Both the position numbers and the translations under genes were made by a program. From the NCBI GenBank assembly GCA_012730105.1, contig JAAYBJ010000003.1, positions 98,859 to 162,858 of the forward strand: a DNA stretch of 64,000 bases, read 5' to 3'. Shown piece by piece: positions 43,912-52,587 of the stretch. Numbering within the stretch: position 1 is the stretch's first letter; each line of letters starts with the position of its first letter. The notes beneath the pieces were generated by a model that saw nothing but the letters and a program-made list of their open reading frames with translations, was not told the DNA's origin and did no database searches. This DNA comes from Candidatus Hydrogenedentota bacterium (GTDB taxonomy: Bacteria; Hydrogenedentota; Hydrogenedentia; Hydrogenedentales; CAITNO01).

Positions 43912-44696
43912 GCCTTCCCCCGGCCGCGAGGCAGCGGTTTGAGCGTCAGGGCAAGCGGACAATGATCGGACCCCAGGACATCGTCGCAGATCCGGATATC
44001 TTTGACCCGGGACTGCAGGGCCTTGTTCACGCAAAAATAATCAATACGCCAGCCGATGTTCTTTTCCCGCGCCCGCGCCCGGTAGGACCACCAGCTGTAG
44101 GCGGTCTTGTCCGGGTACATTTCGCGAAACACATCCACGTAGCCCCGCGCCAGGAAAGCCGTCATTGCCTCACGCTCCTCGATATAATAACCCGCGTTGT
44201 TTTCGTTCTGCTTGGGTCGCGCCAGGTCGATTTCACGATGGGCAATATTGTAATCGCCGCAAATGATGATATTCTTCCCTTTCTTGACCAGGCAGTCAAG
44301 CGCTTCCCCGATGGCTTGGCAGAAATCGAGTTTGTAAGGAAGGCGCTTGCGCTCTTCCTGACTATTCGGCCAGTAGGTGTTCACCACCACGAAGTCCTTG
44401 AAATGCAGGAATTGCGCCCGGCCTTCCCCGTCGAACTCCGGCGCGTCCAGGGTGGTAACCGCCTCGGGCGCCATCCGGGTGAAGGTGGCGGTGCCGCTGT
44501 ATCCACGTTTCTCGGCGGGATTCCAGTAACTGTGGTACCCCTGGACATCCCGAAGTTCTCCCGGCACTTCTTCCGGCAGCAGGCGCGTTTCCTGCAGGCA
44601 CAGGATATCGGGGCTTGCCTGGTGGAACCAGTCCATGAAACCGTTCTTCAACACGGCGCGCAACCCGTTGACATTCCACGAACAGAGTAAGGTCAT
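43908..44696 (-). CDS. xth: Exodeoxyribonuclease III / AP endonuclease
   Basis: SWNVNGLRA, CLQE, GYSG, GDYNIAH, WRIDY, GSDHCP. Confidence 0.95.
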   Translation of the reverse strand: MTLLCSWNVNGLRAVLKNGFMDWFHQASPDILCLQETRLLPEEVPGELRDVQGYHSYWNPAEKRGYSGTATFTRMAPEAVTTLDAPEFDGEGRAQFLHFKDFVVVNTYWPNSQEERKRLPYKLDFCQAIGEALDCLVKKGKNIIICGDYNIAHREIDLARPKQNENNAGYYIEEREAMTAFLARGYVDVFREMYPDKTAYSWWSYRARAREKNIGWRIDYFCVNKALQSRVKDIRICDDVLGSDHCPLALTLKPLPRGRGKA

Positions 44697-44798
44697 CCGG
44701 TGATTCCCCTGTTGTAATGAAGGAAACAGTTAATCTTCAAACAAAATAATAGCAGAAAAGATGATGGTGAGTCACGGCAAAGCCGCCGGGCGAAGGAT

Positions 44799-44828
44799 TT
44801 GACACGGGTTCCGAAACAGAGTTACAAT
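44799..44828 (+). promoter_or_regulatory. Sigma70 promoter of the rib operon
   Basis: TTGACA-N18-TACAAT directly upstream of the riboswitch. Confidence 0.75.
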
Positions 44829-44843
44829 TTATTGGAAAATAAA

Positions 44844-44960
44844 CCAACCTTCGGGGCCGGGTGAAATTCCCGACCGGCGGTAAAGCCCGCGAACGCTGCA
44901 AAGCGCCGACACCGGTGAAATTCCGGGGCCGACGGTCAAAGTCCGGATGAGAGAAGGTGG
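44844..44960 (+). ncRNA. FMN riboswitch (RFN element)
   Basis: CTTCGGGGCCGGGTGAAATTCCCGACCGGCGGT.AAGCCCGCGA...GGTGAAATTCC...CCGACGGT...AGTCCGGATGAGAGAAG, upstream of ribD. Confidence 0.96.
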
Positions 44961-45026
44961 TAGCATGCTCTCCGACGCCGGGAGCGCGGCAGGCAAAAAT
45001 ACGGTCGCGCGCGGTGTTATTTAATT

Positions 45027-45066
45027 CCCCGAAGGTTGACGAAACCGTTTCGGGGTATTTTGTTTT
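45027..45066 (+). terminator. Riboswitch-controlled intrinsic terminator
   Basis: CCCCGAAGGTT..AACCGTTTCGGGG stem followed by TATTTTGTTTT. Confidence 0.75.
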
Positions 45067-46173
45067 ATGCAGTCCGATCAGACCTATATGGCCCGCGCGC
45101 TGGCGCTGGCAGCCCGGGGATGCGGGTGGGCGAGTCCCAACCCGATGGTGGGCTGCGTCATCGTCCGACACGACGTCATTCTGGGCGAGGGCTGGCATGA
45201 GCGCGCGGGCGGGCCGCACGCCGAAGTGAACGCGTACCGCGCCTGCGGCGAAGCGGATACATCGGCCGCCACCGTATATGTCACCCTGGAGCCCTGCGCC
45301 CACACAGGACGCACCCCGCCGTGCGTGGACCTGCTACTGGAGAGGCGCCCCGCGCGCGTGGTGACGGCCATGGCCGATCCGAATCCGCACGTCGCTGGCG
45401 GGGGCATCGAGCGCCTGCGCGCCGCCGGGATCCGCGTGGATGTCGGGATACTGGAGGCGGAGGCGCTCCGGCTGAATGAAGTTTTTGTGAAAAACATGCG
45501 GACAGGGCTGCCCTGGGTCACGGCCAAGTGCGCCATGACTCTGGACGGCAAGATTGCGACCCGTTCCGGCCATTCCAAGTGGATCACCGGCGAGACGGCG
45601 CGGGCGCTGACCCATCGTATGCGCCACGTCCACGACGCCATCCTGGTGGGCAGCCGCACCGTCATGCTGGACAACCCGAGCCTGACCACGCGATTGCCCG
45701 AAGGCAACGGCCGCCATCCCATCCGCGTCATTCTGGACGCCGGGGACTATTTGACCGGCGACCGCGCGGTATTTGCCGAAGATCGCGAGAGCCCCACCTG
45801 GGTCGCCACGACTGAAGGGAACGCCTATCCCTTCGCCGATGACACCCTGTTTCTGCCCCCGGGTCCGGGAGGCGTGGACATGCGCGCGCTACTGCACACC
45901 CTGGCGGAACGCGGGGTAACCTCGCTGTTGATCGAGGGCGGCGGCGCTACGCTGGCGGCGGCCTTTTCGGCCGGCATCGTGGACAAGGCCTGTTTCTTCT
46001 GCGCGCCCAAGATCATCGGCGGCCACGAGGCCGTGACGCCCGTGGAGGGCCTCGGTTGCGAACGGATGGACGAGGCCATACTGCTGCAAGACTTGCGCCC
46101 CCTTACGGCGGGCGAAGACGTGCTTATGGAGGCCTACGTCCGCAAGGCGGCGGAAACGGAGTCGGAAAGGTGA
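45067..46173 (+). CDS. ribD: Riboflavin biosynthesis deaminase/reductase
   Basis: PNPMVGCV, HAE, TLEPCAH.GRTPPC, LDGKIAT, IEGG. Confidence 0.96.
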   Translation: MQSDQTYMARALALAARGCGWASPNPMVGCVIVRHDVILGEGWHERAGGPHAEVNAYRACGEADTSAATVYVTLEPCAHTGRTPPCVDLLLERRPARVVTAMADPNPHVAGGGIERLRAAGIRVDVGILEAEALRLNEVFVKNMRTGLPWVTAKCAMTLDGKIATRSGHSKWITGETARALTHRMRHVHDAILVGSRTVMLDNPSLTTRLPEGNGRHPIRVILDAGDYLTGDRAVFAEDRESPTWVATTEGNAYPFADDTLFLPPGPGGVDMRALLHTLAERGVTSLLIEGGGATLAAAFSAGIVDKACFFCAPKIIGGHEAVTPVEGLGCERMDEAILLQDLRPLTAGEDVLMEAYVRKAAETESER

Positions 46174-46175
46174 TT

Positions 46176-46802
46176 ATGTTTACCGGGATCATAGAAGAAA
46201 TCGGGGCGGTGGCGCGGCGCAGCGGCGCGGAGCTGGCCATCCTGGCCGACAAAGTGCTCGGCGACCTGAAAGAAGGGGACAGCGTGGCCGTGGACGGCGT
46301 ATGTTTGACCGCGGTGGCGTTCTTCCCGAAAGGCTTTGTGGTCCAGGTATCGCCCGAGACCTACGCGCGGACAACCCTGGGCCGGTTGAAACCGGGACAC
46401 GCGGTAAATCTTGAGCGGGCCATGCGCGCGGATGGGCGTTTCGGCGGCCACTTCGTGCTCGGCCATGTGGATGGTGTCGGGCGCGTGGTGTCCGTACGCG
46501 ACCAGGGGGAGTTTTCACTCTGGCAGTTCAACGCGCCGGACGAAGTATCCCGCTACCTGGCGCCTAAGGGCTCCATCGCCATTGACGGCATCAGCCTGAC
46601 GCTGGTCGCCCCGGAACGGAATACCTTCGGGGTCGCGGTCATACCGGCAACCCTGCGCAATACCACACTGGGCACCCGGCGTCCGGGCGACCCGGTCAAT
46701 ATGGAGGCGGACATCCTGGGCAAACATGTCCGCCATTACATGAACCTGGACGCCGGGAAAGGCCTTTCGGCCGACTTTCTGGCGCGGCATGGTTTCGTAT
46801 AG
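46176..46802 (+). CDS. ribE: Riboflavin synthase (alpha chain; RibC in E. coli nomenclature)
   Basis: MFTGIIEE, GVCLT, VNLERA, GGH.V.GHVD, KGSIAIDGISLT. Confidence 0.96.
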   Translation: MFTGIIEEIGAVARRSGAELAILADKVLGDLKEGDSVAVDGVCLTAVAFFPKGFVVQVSPETYARTTLGRLKPGHAVNLERAMRADGRFGGHFVLGHVDGVGRVVSVRDQGEFSLWQFNAPDEVSRYLAPKGSIAIDGISLTLVAPERNTFGVAVIPATLRNTTLGTRRPGDPVNMEADILGKHVRHYMNLDAGKGLSADFLARHGFV

Positions 46803-46810
46803 AGGTACAT

Positions 46811-48007
46811 ATGCTGACTCCCATTCCTGAAATACTTGAAGACCTGCGGCAGGGTAAAATGATCATCCTGGTGGATGACGAGGACCGTGAAAACGAGGGT
46901 GACCTGGTGATTGCCGCGGAGAAAGTCACACCCGAGATCATTAATTTCATGGCCCGGTACGGTCGCGGCCTGATCTGCATGCCCATGGAAGACAAGGACA
47001 TCAAGCGTCTAGGCCTGCCGCCCATGGTCACGGAAAACACCGCCCGGCTGAGCACGGCCTTCCATGTCACCTTTGAGGCGAAGGAAGGCGTCACTACGGG
47101 CATCAGCGCCTATGACCGCGCCCATTCCATCCGTGTGGCGGCCGATCCCGCCTCCACGGCGGACGACCTGGTGCGGCCCGGGCACGTGTTTCCCCTCCGC
47201 GCGCGGACGGGCGGGGTCCTGGTCCGGGCCGGGCAGACCGAAGGCTCCATCGACCTGATGCGCCTGGCGGGGCTGCGGCACGCCTCGGTGATCTGCGAGA
47301 TCATGAAGGATGACGGCACCATGGCGCGCATGCCTGACTTGGAGGTTTTCGCGGCGGAACACGGGATTCGCATTTGCGCGACCGCCGACATCATCCGCTA
47401 CCGACGCCGGTATGAAAAACTGGTGCGGCGTGTGGCCCAAGTACAGATGCCCACCAAGTACGGAAATTTTGCCCTGATCGCCTATGAGAACGACGTGGAC
47501 CCCTACCAGCATCTGGCGCTTGTCAGCGGCGACGTGAAGGACAAGGAAGACGTGCTGGTCCGGATGCACTCGGAATGTTTCACGGGCGATGTGCTGGGTT
47601 CGCTGCGTTGCGACTGCGGTACCCAGCTGCACACGGCGCTGCGCATGATCGCCGATGAAGGCTGCGGCGTGCTGGTCTACCTGCGCCAGGAAGGGCGCGG
47701 CATCGGCCTGATGAACAAGCTCAAGGCCTACGAGCTACAGGAGCAGGGCATGGATACCGTGGAGGCCAACCTGCATCTCGGCTTCACGGCGGACCCGCGT
47801 GAATACGGCCTCGGCGCCCAAATCCTCCAGGACCTGGGGGTTACCAGCATGCGCCTGATGACCAACAACCCGGTCAAGCGCGCCGGCATCGAAGGGTACG
47901 GGCTGACCGTGTCGGGCCGCGTGCCCCTCGAAATACCGGCCGGCGATTTGAACCGGAAATATCTGCAGACAAAACGGGAGAAGATGGGCCACCTCCTGGC
48001 GGAGTAG
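46811..48007 (+). CDS. ribBA: DHBP synthase / GTP cyclohydrolase II
   Basis: [25 protein letters not shown]...[18 protein letters not shown]. Confidence 0.96.
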   Translation: MLTPIPEILEDLRQGKMIILVDDEDRENEGDLVIAAEKVTPEIINFMARYGRGLICMPMEDKDIKRLGLPPMVTENTARLSTAFHVTFEAKEGVTTGISAYDRAHSIRVAADPASTADDLVRPGHVFPLRARTGGVLVRAGQTEGSIDLMRLAGLRHASVICEIMKDDGTMARMPDLEVFAAEHGIRICATADIIRYRRRYEKLVRRVAQVQMPTKYGNFALIAYENDVDPYQHLALVSGDVKDKEDVLVRMHSECFTGDVLGSLRCDCGTQLHTALRMIADEGCGVLVYLRQEGRGIGLMNKLKAYELQEQGMDTVEANLHLGFTADPREYGLGAQILQDLGVTSMRLMTNNPVKRAGIEGYGLTVSGRVPLEIPAGDLNRKYLQTKREKMGHLLAE

Positions 48008-48056
48008 CGTCAGCCGGGGTTCGGGCCTCCTTTCCAACAACCAAGGAGACAACACA

Positions 48057-48521
48057 ATGGCAAAGGTTTTACAGGGTAACTTCGCGGGCGAAGGCAAAAA
48101 GATAGGTCTTGTCGTATCCCGGTTCAACGAGTTCATCACCACCAAACTGCTCGGCGGCGCCATGGACACACTGCAGCGCCACGGCGTGAGCGACGCGGAC
48201 ATCACGGTGGCCTGGGCGCCGGGCGCCTTCGAGATTCCGCTGGTCGCCAAGCGCATGGCCCAGTCCGGCGCGTACGACGCCGTCATCGCACTGGGCTGCG
48301 TTATTCGCGGCGCCACACCGCATTTCGACTACGTCGCTGCCGAGTCGGCCAAGGGCGTGGGTCACGTGATGCTCGATACGGGCGTGCCGGTCCTCTTTGG
48401 GATATTGACCACGGACAATATCGAACAGGCTGTGGAGCGCGCCGGGACAAAAGCAGGCAACAAGGGGGTCGACGCAGCGATGGGCGCCCTCGAAATGATC
48501 AACCTGCTGGAGCAGATTTAA
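48057..48521 (+). CDS. ribH: Lumazine synthase
   Basis: [32 protein letters not shown]. Confidence 0.96.
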   Translation: MAKVLQGNFAGEGKKIGLVVSRFNEFITTKLLGGAMDTLQRHGVSDADITVAWAPGAFEIPLVAKRMAQSGAYDAVIALGCVIRGATPHFDYVAAESAKGVGHVMLDTGVPVLFGILTTDNIEQAVERAGTKAGNKGVDAAMGALEMINLLEQI

Positions 48522-49052
48522 GTGGCCCGGTTTCGCGAATACAGCCTGGGCCGCCAATTGGCGCTGCAATTCCTATATGGTCTGGATTTCAGCGATCTGG
48601 ATTGGCGCCTTGCCCTGCCCGAATTCTGGAAGATGGACCCGGTTGCGGTCAGCTTGGGCTGGGCCGGAAATGCGGAAAGAAAAGCCGTGCCCGAAACCGC
48701 TGAAGAGGCCGCCGCCTTCGCGAACGCGCGCGCCTTCGCGGAAACGTTGATCGAGGGCACCTGTGCGGCGCGCCAGGAGCTGGAATCGCTGCTTACCGGG
48801 GCCCTGGACAATTGGCGGCCGGAACGGGTCGGCCGCATCGAGTGGGTGATTCTGCGGATGGCCCTCTATGAGTTGCAGTACTGCCCCGAACATCCGGACG
48901 CCGTGGTTATCTCCGAAGCCAACCGGCTCGCCACCTTGTTCGGCGATGACGAGTCGCCCCGTTTTATCAGCGGGGTGTTGAACCGCTTTCTGGGCAATAA
49001 ACGGGGAGAACAAGAGGAATTCTCCTCGCCGCCCAAGGAGCCGCCGGAATGA
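48522..49052 (+). CDS. nusB: Transcription antitermination factor NusB
   Basis: R.LALQFLY, NW..ER, ILRMA.YEL, VISEA, FISGVL; conserved position after ribH. Confidence 0.88.
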   Translation: MARFREYSLGRQLALQFLYGLDFSDLDWRLALPEFWKMDPVAVSLGWAGNAERKAVPETAEEAAAFANARAFAETLIEGTCAARQELESLLTGALDNWRPERVGRIEWVILRMALYELQYCPEHPDAVVISEANRLATLFGDDESPRFISGVLNRFLGNKRGEQEEFSSPPKEPPE

Positions 49053-49882
49053 CCGGCTGGGCCGATCTGCACCTGCACACCACCTGTTCCGACGGTGCGG
49101 ACACCCCGGAACGGGTCATGGAACGCGCCCATGAACTGGGTATCGCCGCCGTTGCTATAACCGATCATGACACCATGGCCGGTGTTGCCGCCGCGCGCGC
49201 TGCGGCACAGACGGCGGGAATGGACTTCCTGGAAGGGGTGGAAATCAGCGCATCTTTCGACGGGCAGGAAATTCATATTCTCGGATTGGGTGTCCGCGAA
49301 GACACGCCTGTTTTGAAGGCGCTGCTAGAGCGTTCCAACAAGGACCGGGCGGAACGGGCCTGGCACATTGTCGACCGTCTCGATAAAATCGGTGTGGCCC
49401 CGCGCGCGACATTGGCGGCGCACATGGAAGGCGCCGCCCAGTTGGGCCGCATGCATGTCGCCGTGGCGCTGGAGCGCCTGGGCAAGGTCCGTACAGTGCA
49501 GGACGCCTTTGAACGCTACCTGAACCGCGCCTGCCCCGCATTTGTGCCGAAGATCCTGCCGCCGGCCGCTGACGCCGTCAGGACCATCCACGAGGCCCGC
49601 GGCCTGGCCTTTATCGCCCACCCCGGCCTGGGCCATACCCTGCGCCGACGCCTGGGATCCCTGCTGGAGCTGCCTTTTGACGGCATTGAGGCCTGGCATG
49701 TCAGCCACACTGAACAGATGGTGGACACCTTCAAAGCCCTCGCCGGGAAGCGGGGGCTGCTGTTGACCGGCGGCAGCGACTGTCACGGTGATATTAAAAA
49801 AGAAAAACCGACCATGGGCCGCGTCCGAACGCCTTATGCCTGTTACGAACACATCCGTGACGCTCTTTCAAAATTACAATAA
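49049..49882 (+). CDS. PHP-domain phosphoesterase (TrpH/YciV-like)
   Basis: DLHLHTTCSDG, AITDHD, GVEIS, AHP, GGSDCHG. Confidence 0.9.
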   Translation: MTGWADLHLHTTCSDGADTPERVMERAHELGIAAVAITDHDTMAGVAAARAAAQTAGMDFLEGVEISASFDGQEIHILGLGVREDTPVLKALLERSNKDRAERAWHIVDRLDKIGVAPRATLAAHMEGAAQLGRMHVAVALERLGKVRTVQDAFERYLNRACPAFVPKILPPAADAVRTIHEARGLAFIAHPGLGHTLRRRLGSLLELPFDGIEAWHVSHTEQMVDTFKALAGKRGLLLTGGSDCHGDIKKEKPTMGRVRTPYACYEHIRDALSKLQ

Positions 49883-49942
49883 AAATTAACGGATGCAGGG
49901 ACAGGCGCTCATGAGGCTATGCCTACCCCATAAACGATTAAA

Positions 49943-49978
49943 ATAGGACCTATAAGACATATATGGCCTATGAGGTCT
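49943..49978. repeat. Degenerate 9-bp tandem repeat, four copies
   Basis: ataggacct ataagacat atatggcct atgaggtct. Confidence 0.55.
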
Positions 49979-50209
49979 TAAACCTGCTGCCCAGAATAAA
50001 TTTTCAGAGCAGTCCCGTCTCACTCCCATAGTCGCTTGCTTGGGACAGTCCCTGCATCCCGGTTTGCATGGGCCGGGGCAAATTGGTACACTGGAATCAG
50101 CAAGCGGGGAGTCCGGTCGGGGGACATGAATCCGGCACGTGCCCGCACAGACGACACCTTGCCGCTCCAGGACATAGTGTTCTCCGGAGACAAGATAAGG
50201 TTTGCTGTG

Positions 50210-51001
50210 ATGCTGGAATTGGACTTTATTAAAGATTTCATTGAAAGCAACTGCGGCTATGTGCAGGAAAAGTACCGAGATAAACATCTCGTGACGGTCA
50301 CGGACAAGAAGGACGATCCGAACAACCTGTTGACCGAAGTGGACCTCACGATTCAAAAGCGCTTTGTGGACGCGGTCCAGGCAACCTTCCCCGGCGACGC
50401 CGTGATGGCGGAAGAGAGCGGTTTCAGCAAAACGCCGGAGGATACGGAAGGACGGGTCTGGGTGGTGGATCCCATCGACGGCACCTACAACTTCGTGCGC
50501 GGGCTGAATCCTTCCTTCGCCATCAGCATTGCTTTTGTGCAGGGCGGCCTGGCACGGGCAGGCGCCGTGGGCATGCCGCTCAACAATCTGCTGTTTACCG
50601 CTGAGACGGGCAAGGGCGCGTGGTGCGGCAGCCGGCACCTGGCGGTTTCCAAGGTACAGCACATGGAAGAAGCCTGTTTCGAGGTGGATTTCAACGGCAT
50701 GGACGACCGGCGCGCCCTGGTGAAGCGCGCCCTGGATATCCTGAAAAAATCGGGCCGGATACGCTGCCACGGGTCGGCGGCCGTAGGCATCTGCCAGGTG
50801 GCCACGGGCGATGTGGACGCCTATCTGCACATGTCCCTCTACCCGTGGGATTATGCCGCCGCCCAGCTCATCGCCGAAGAGGCCGGGGCGCTTGCCACGC
50901 GCCTTAACGGTGACCCTCTCCGTATTTTCGACGGCAAGAAGGGCGTCCTCGTCACCAACGGCGCAATGCACAAAACCGCCCTGGCCATGCTGTCCGCGTA
51001 A
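50210..51001 (+). CDS. Inositol monophosphatase family protein (SuhB-like)
   Basis: AEES, WVVDPIDGTYNF, GSAA, PWDYAAA.LI.EEAG. Confidence 0.9.
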   Translation: MLELDFIKDFIESNCGYVQEKYRDKHLVTVTDKKDDPNNLLTEVDLTIQKRFVDAVQATFPGDAVMAEESGFSKTPEDTEGRVWVVDPIDGTYNFVRGLNPSFAISIAFVQGGLARAGAVGMPLNNLLFTAETGKGAWCGSRHLAVSKVQHMEEACFEVDFNGMDDRRALVKRALDILKKSGRIRCHGSAAVGICQVATGDVDAYLHMSLYPWDYAAAQLIAEEAGALATRLNGDPLRIFDGKKGVLVTNGAMHKTALAMLSA

Positions 51002-51124
51002 ACTCACCGAGGATGTGCGTGGTGCCGCGCGCGAAAGAAAACGTTGCCCGCAATCCGGACGGACAGATTTTTTGTTTCTGATCGAGGTAGATCGAAAACG
51101 TACTAAGGAAAGGGGAATACATCC

Positions 51125-51559
51125 ATGGATGACGTGCTTCGTGAATATTTCAAAGGGGACAATCTTGCAGCAGCCTTGGGAATGAAAATTGAACAGGCCG
51201 AAGCGGGCACCGCGGTGGTGACCATGCCAATTACCGACGTGCATATGAACGGCATGGGCGCGGTTCACGGCGGCGCGATATTTTCTTTGGCCGATTTCTG
51301 CTTCGCCGTGGCATCCAACTCGCACGGCCGCGCGGCCATGGCGATCAACTGCTCCATCTCTTTCTTCAAAGGGGTGAAATCAGGGGTGCTCACGGCAACA
51401 GCGCGCGAGCAGCACCTGGGAAACCGCGTCGCCGGTTATTTAATGGAGATAACCGACGAAAAGGGAGCGCTTGTCGCCAGCATGCAGGCACAGGTATTTC
51501 GCACGCAGGAACCCATTGAAAACATTCTTGCCGCACGGAAAAACCAGGACGGAGCATAG
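51125..51559 (+). CDS. PaaI-family hotdog thioesterase
   Basis: HMNGMGAVHGGAIFSLAD. Confidence 0.88.
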   Translation: MDDVLREYFKGDNLAAALGMKIEQAEAGTAVVTMPITDVHMNGMGAVHGGAIFSLADFCFAVASNSHGRAAMAINCSISFFKGVKSGVLTATAREQHLGNRVAGYLMEITDEKGALVASMQAQVFRTQEPIENILAARKNQDGA

Positions 51560-51567
51560 CGCATCCT

Positions 51568-51603
51568 GTCCACCTTGTCCACTCGCTCCACTCCGTCCAC
51601 CAA
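51568..51603. repeat. Degenerate 9-bp tandem repeat, four copies
   Basis: gtccacctt gtccactcg ctccactcc gtccaccaa, between convergent genes. Confidence 0.65.
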
Positions 51604-51625
51604 AGACCGGATAATCCGGTGCCCG

Positions 51626-52513
51626 TTACTCCTTCTCCCCGTCAAGAAAAGCCTTGAGTATCGACACAAAATGCACGGGTTCTTCTTCCTGGGGACAATG
51701 GCTGCAGTTATCCATGACCTGATGTTGCGCGCGGGGCAGCCGGGCTTTCATGGCGGCGGCGATGCCGTTAAATTTTTCGTCGCGCCCGCCAGTAACCAGC
51801 AGCACGGGTATTTTCACAGACTCCAGACGGTTCCAGAGACTGGGCTGCGCACCCGTGCCAAGCCCAACCAGCGAGGCAGCCAGTGCCCGCGGGTGATTTT
51901 GACTGCGCCGCTCGAGGATACGGTCCAGCACTTCGGGTTTTTCCTGAAGACTGTCAAATAAGGGCTGGGCATACCACCGTTTCAGGAAGGAGGCGAAATC
52001 CATGTCCCAGGAAGGTTCCGAGTGTTCCGGGTGCCTGGGGTTGACGACACATTCCGGGGCCTCCCACGCCTGATGGAACTGTTTCAAATGCAACGCAAGC
52101 TGCTTGTCCTCCATCCGCCGCTTACGCCGGGCTTCGGCCCCCTCAATGCCCGGCGACGCGGATATCAGCACAAGGTGCGTGAAACGGTCAGGATAGTGCG
52201 CGGCCAGGTATAGGGCGAGGCGCCCGCCCATGGAATAGCCGGCAAGGGAACATGGTCCGATACGGCGCTTCTTTAACACATCCACCACTGCCGCTGCGAC
52301 CTCCGCCATTCCCGCGTCAGCCCCGTCAAGAATGTGCTGCACAGTGCCATGGCCCGGCAAATCCGGGCATACATAGCGGCGGTTGCGGGTGCCCATCGTT
52401 TTCGCCAGCGGAAGCCAGTCCGCCGCGCTGCCCAGAAAACCGTGCAGCAGCAGCACGGAAGGCACGCTTTCCTTTGAACTTCCGAAACAATGCCAGCCCA
52501 GGGGTGTTGTCAT
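51626..52513 (-). CDS. MenH-like alpha/beta hydrolase (SHCHC synthase family)
   Basis: LHGFLGS..DW, DLPGHG, GYSMGGRLA, WY.QPLF, G.G.QPSLW, DEKF. Confidence 0.8.
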   Translation of the reverse strand: MTTPLGWHCFGSSKESVPSVLLLHGFLGSAADWLPLAKTMGTRNRRYVCPDLPGHGTVQHILDGADAGMAEVAAAVVDVLKKRRIGPCSLAGYSMGGRLALYLAAHYPDRFTHLVLISASPGIEGAEARRKRRMEDKQLALHLKQFHQAWEAPECVVNPRHPEHSEPSWDMDFASFLKRWYAQPLFDSLQEKPEVLDRILERRSQNHPRALAASLVGLGTGAQPSLWNRLESVKIPVLLVTGGRDEKFNGIAAAMKARLPRAQHQVMDNCSHCPQEEEPVHFVSILKAFLDGEKE

Positions 52514-52587
52514 CGCAGCCGTCCTACGGGTGAGGGGACGTTCCGAATGATCATCCCAAGTCTATGAAAAACGCGCGGTGCGCGGCA

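Noticed and set aside
48522-51001. nusB-suhB antitermination module
   Set aside because: ribH-nusB linkage is ordinary, and the IMPase is separated by a 330-bp gap and cannot be assigned to SuhB by eye
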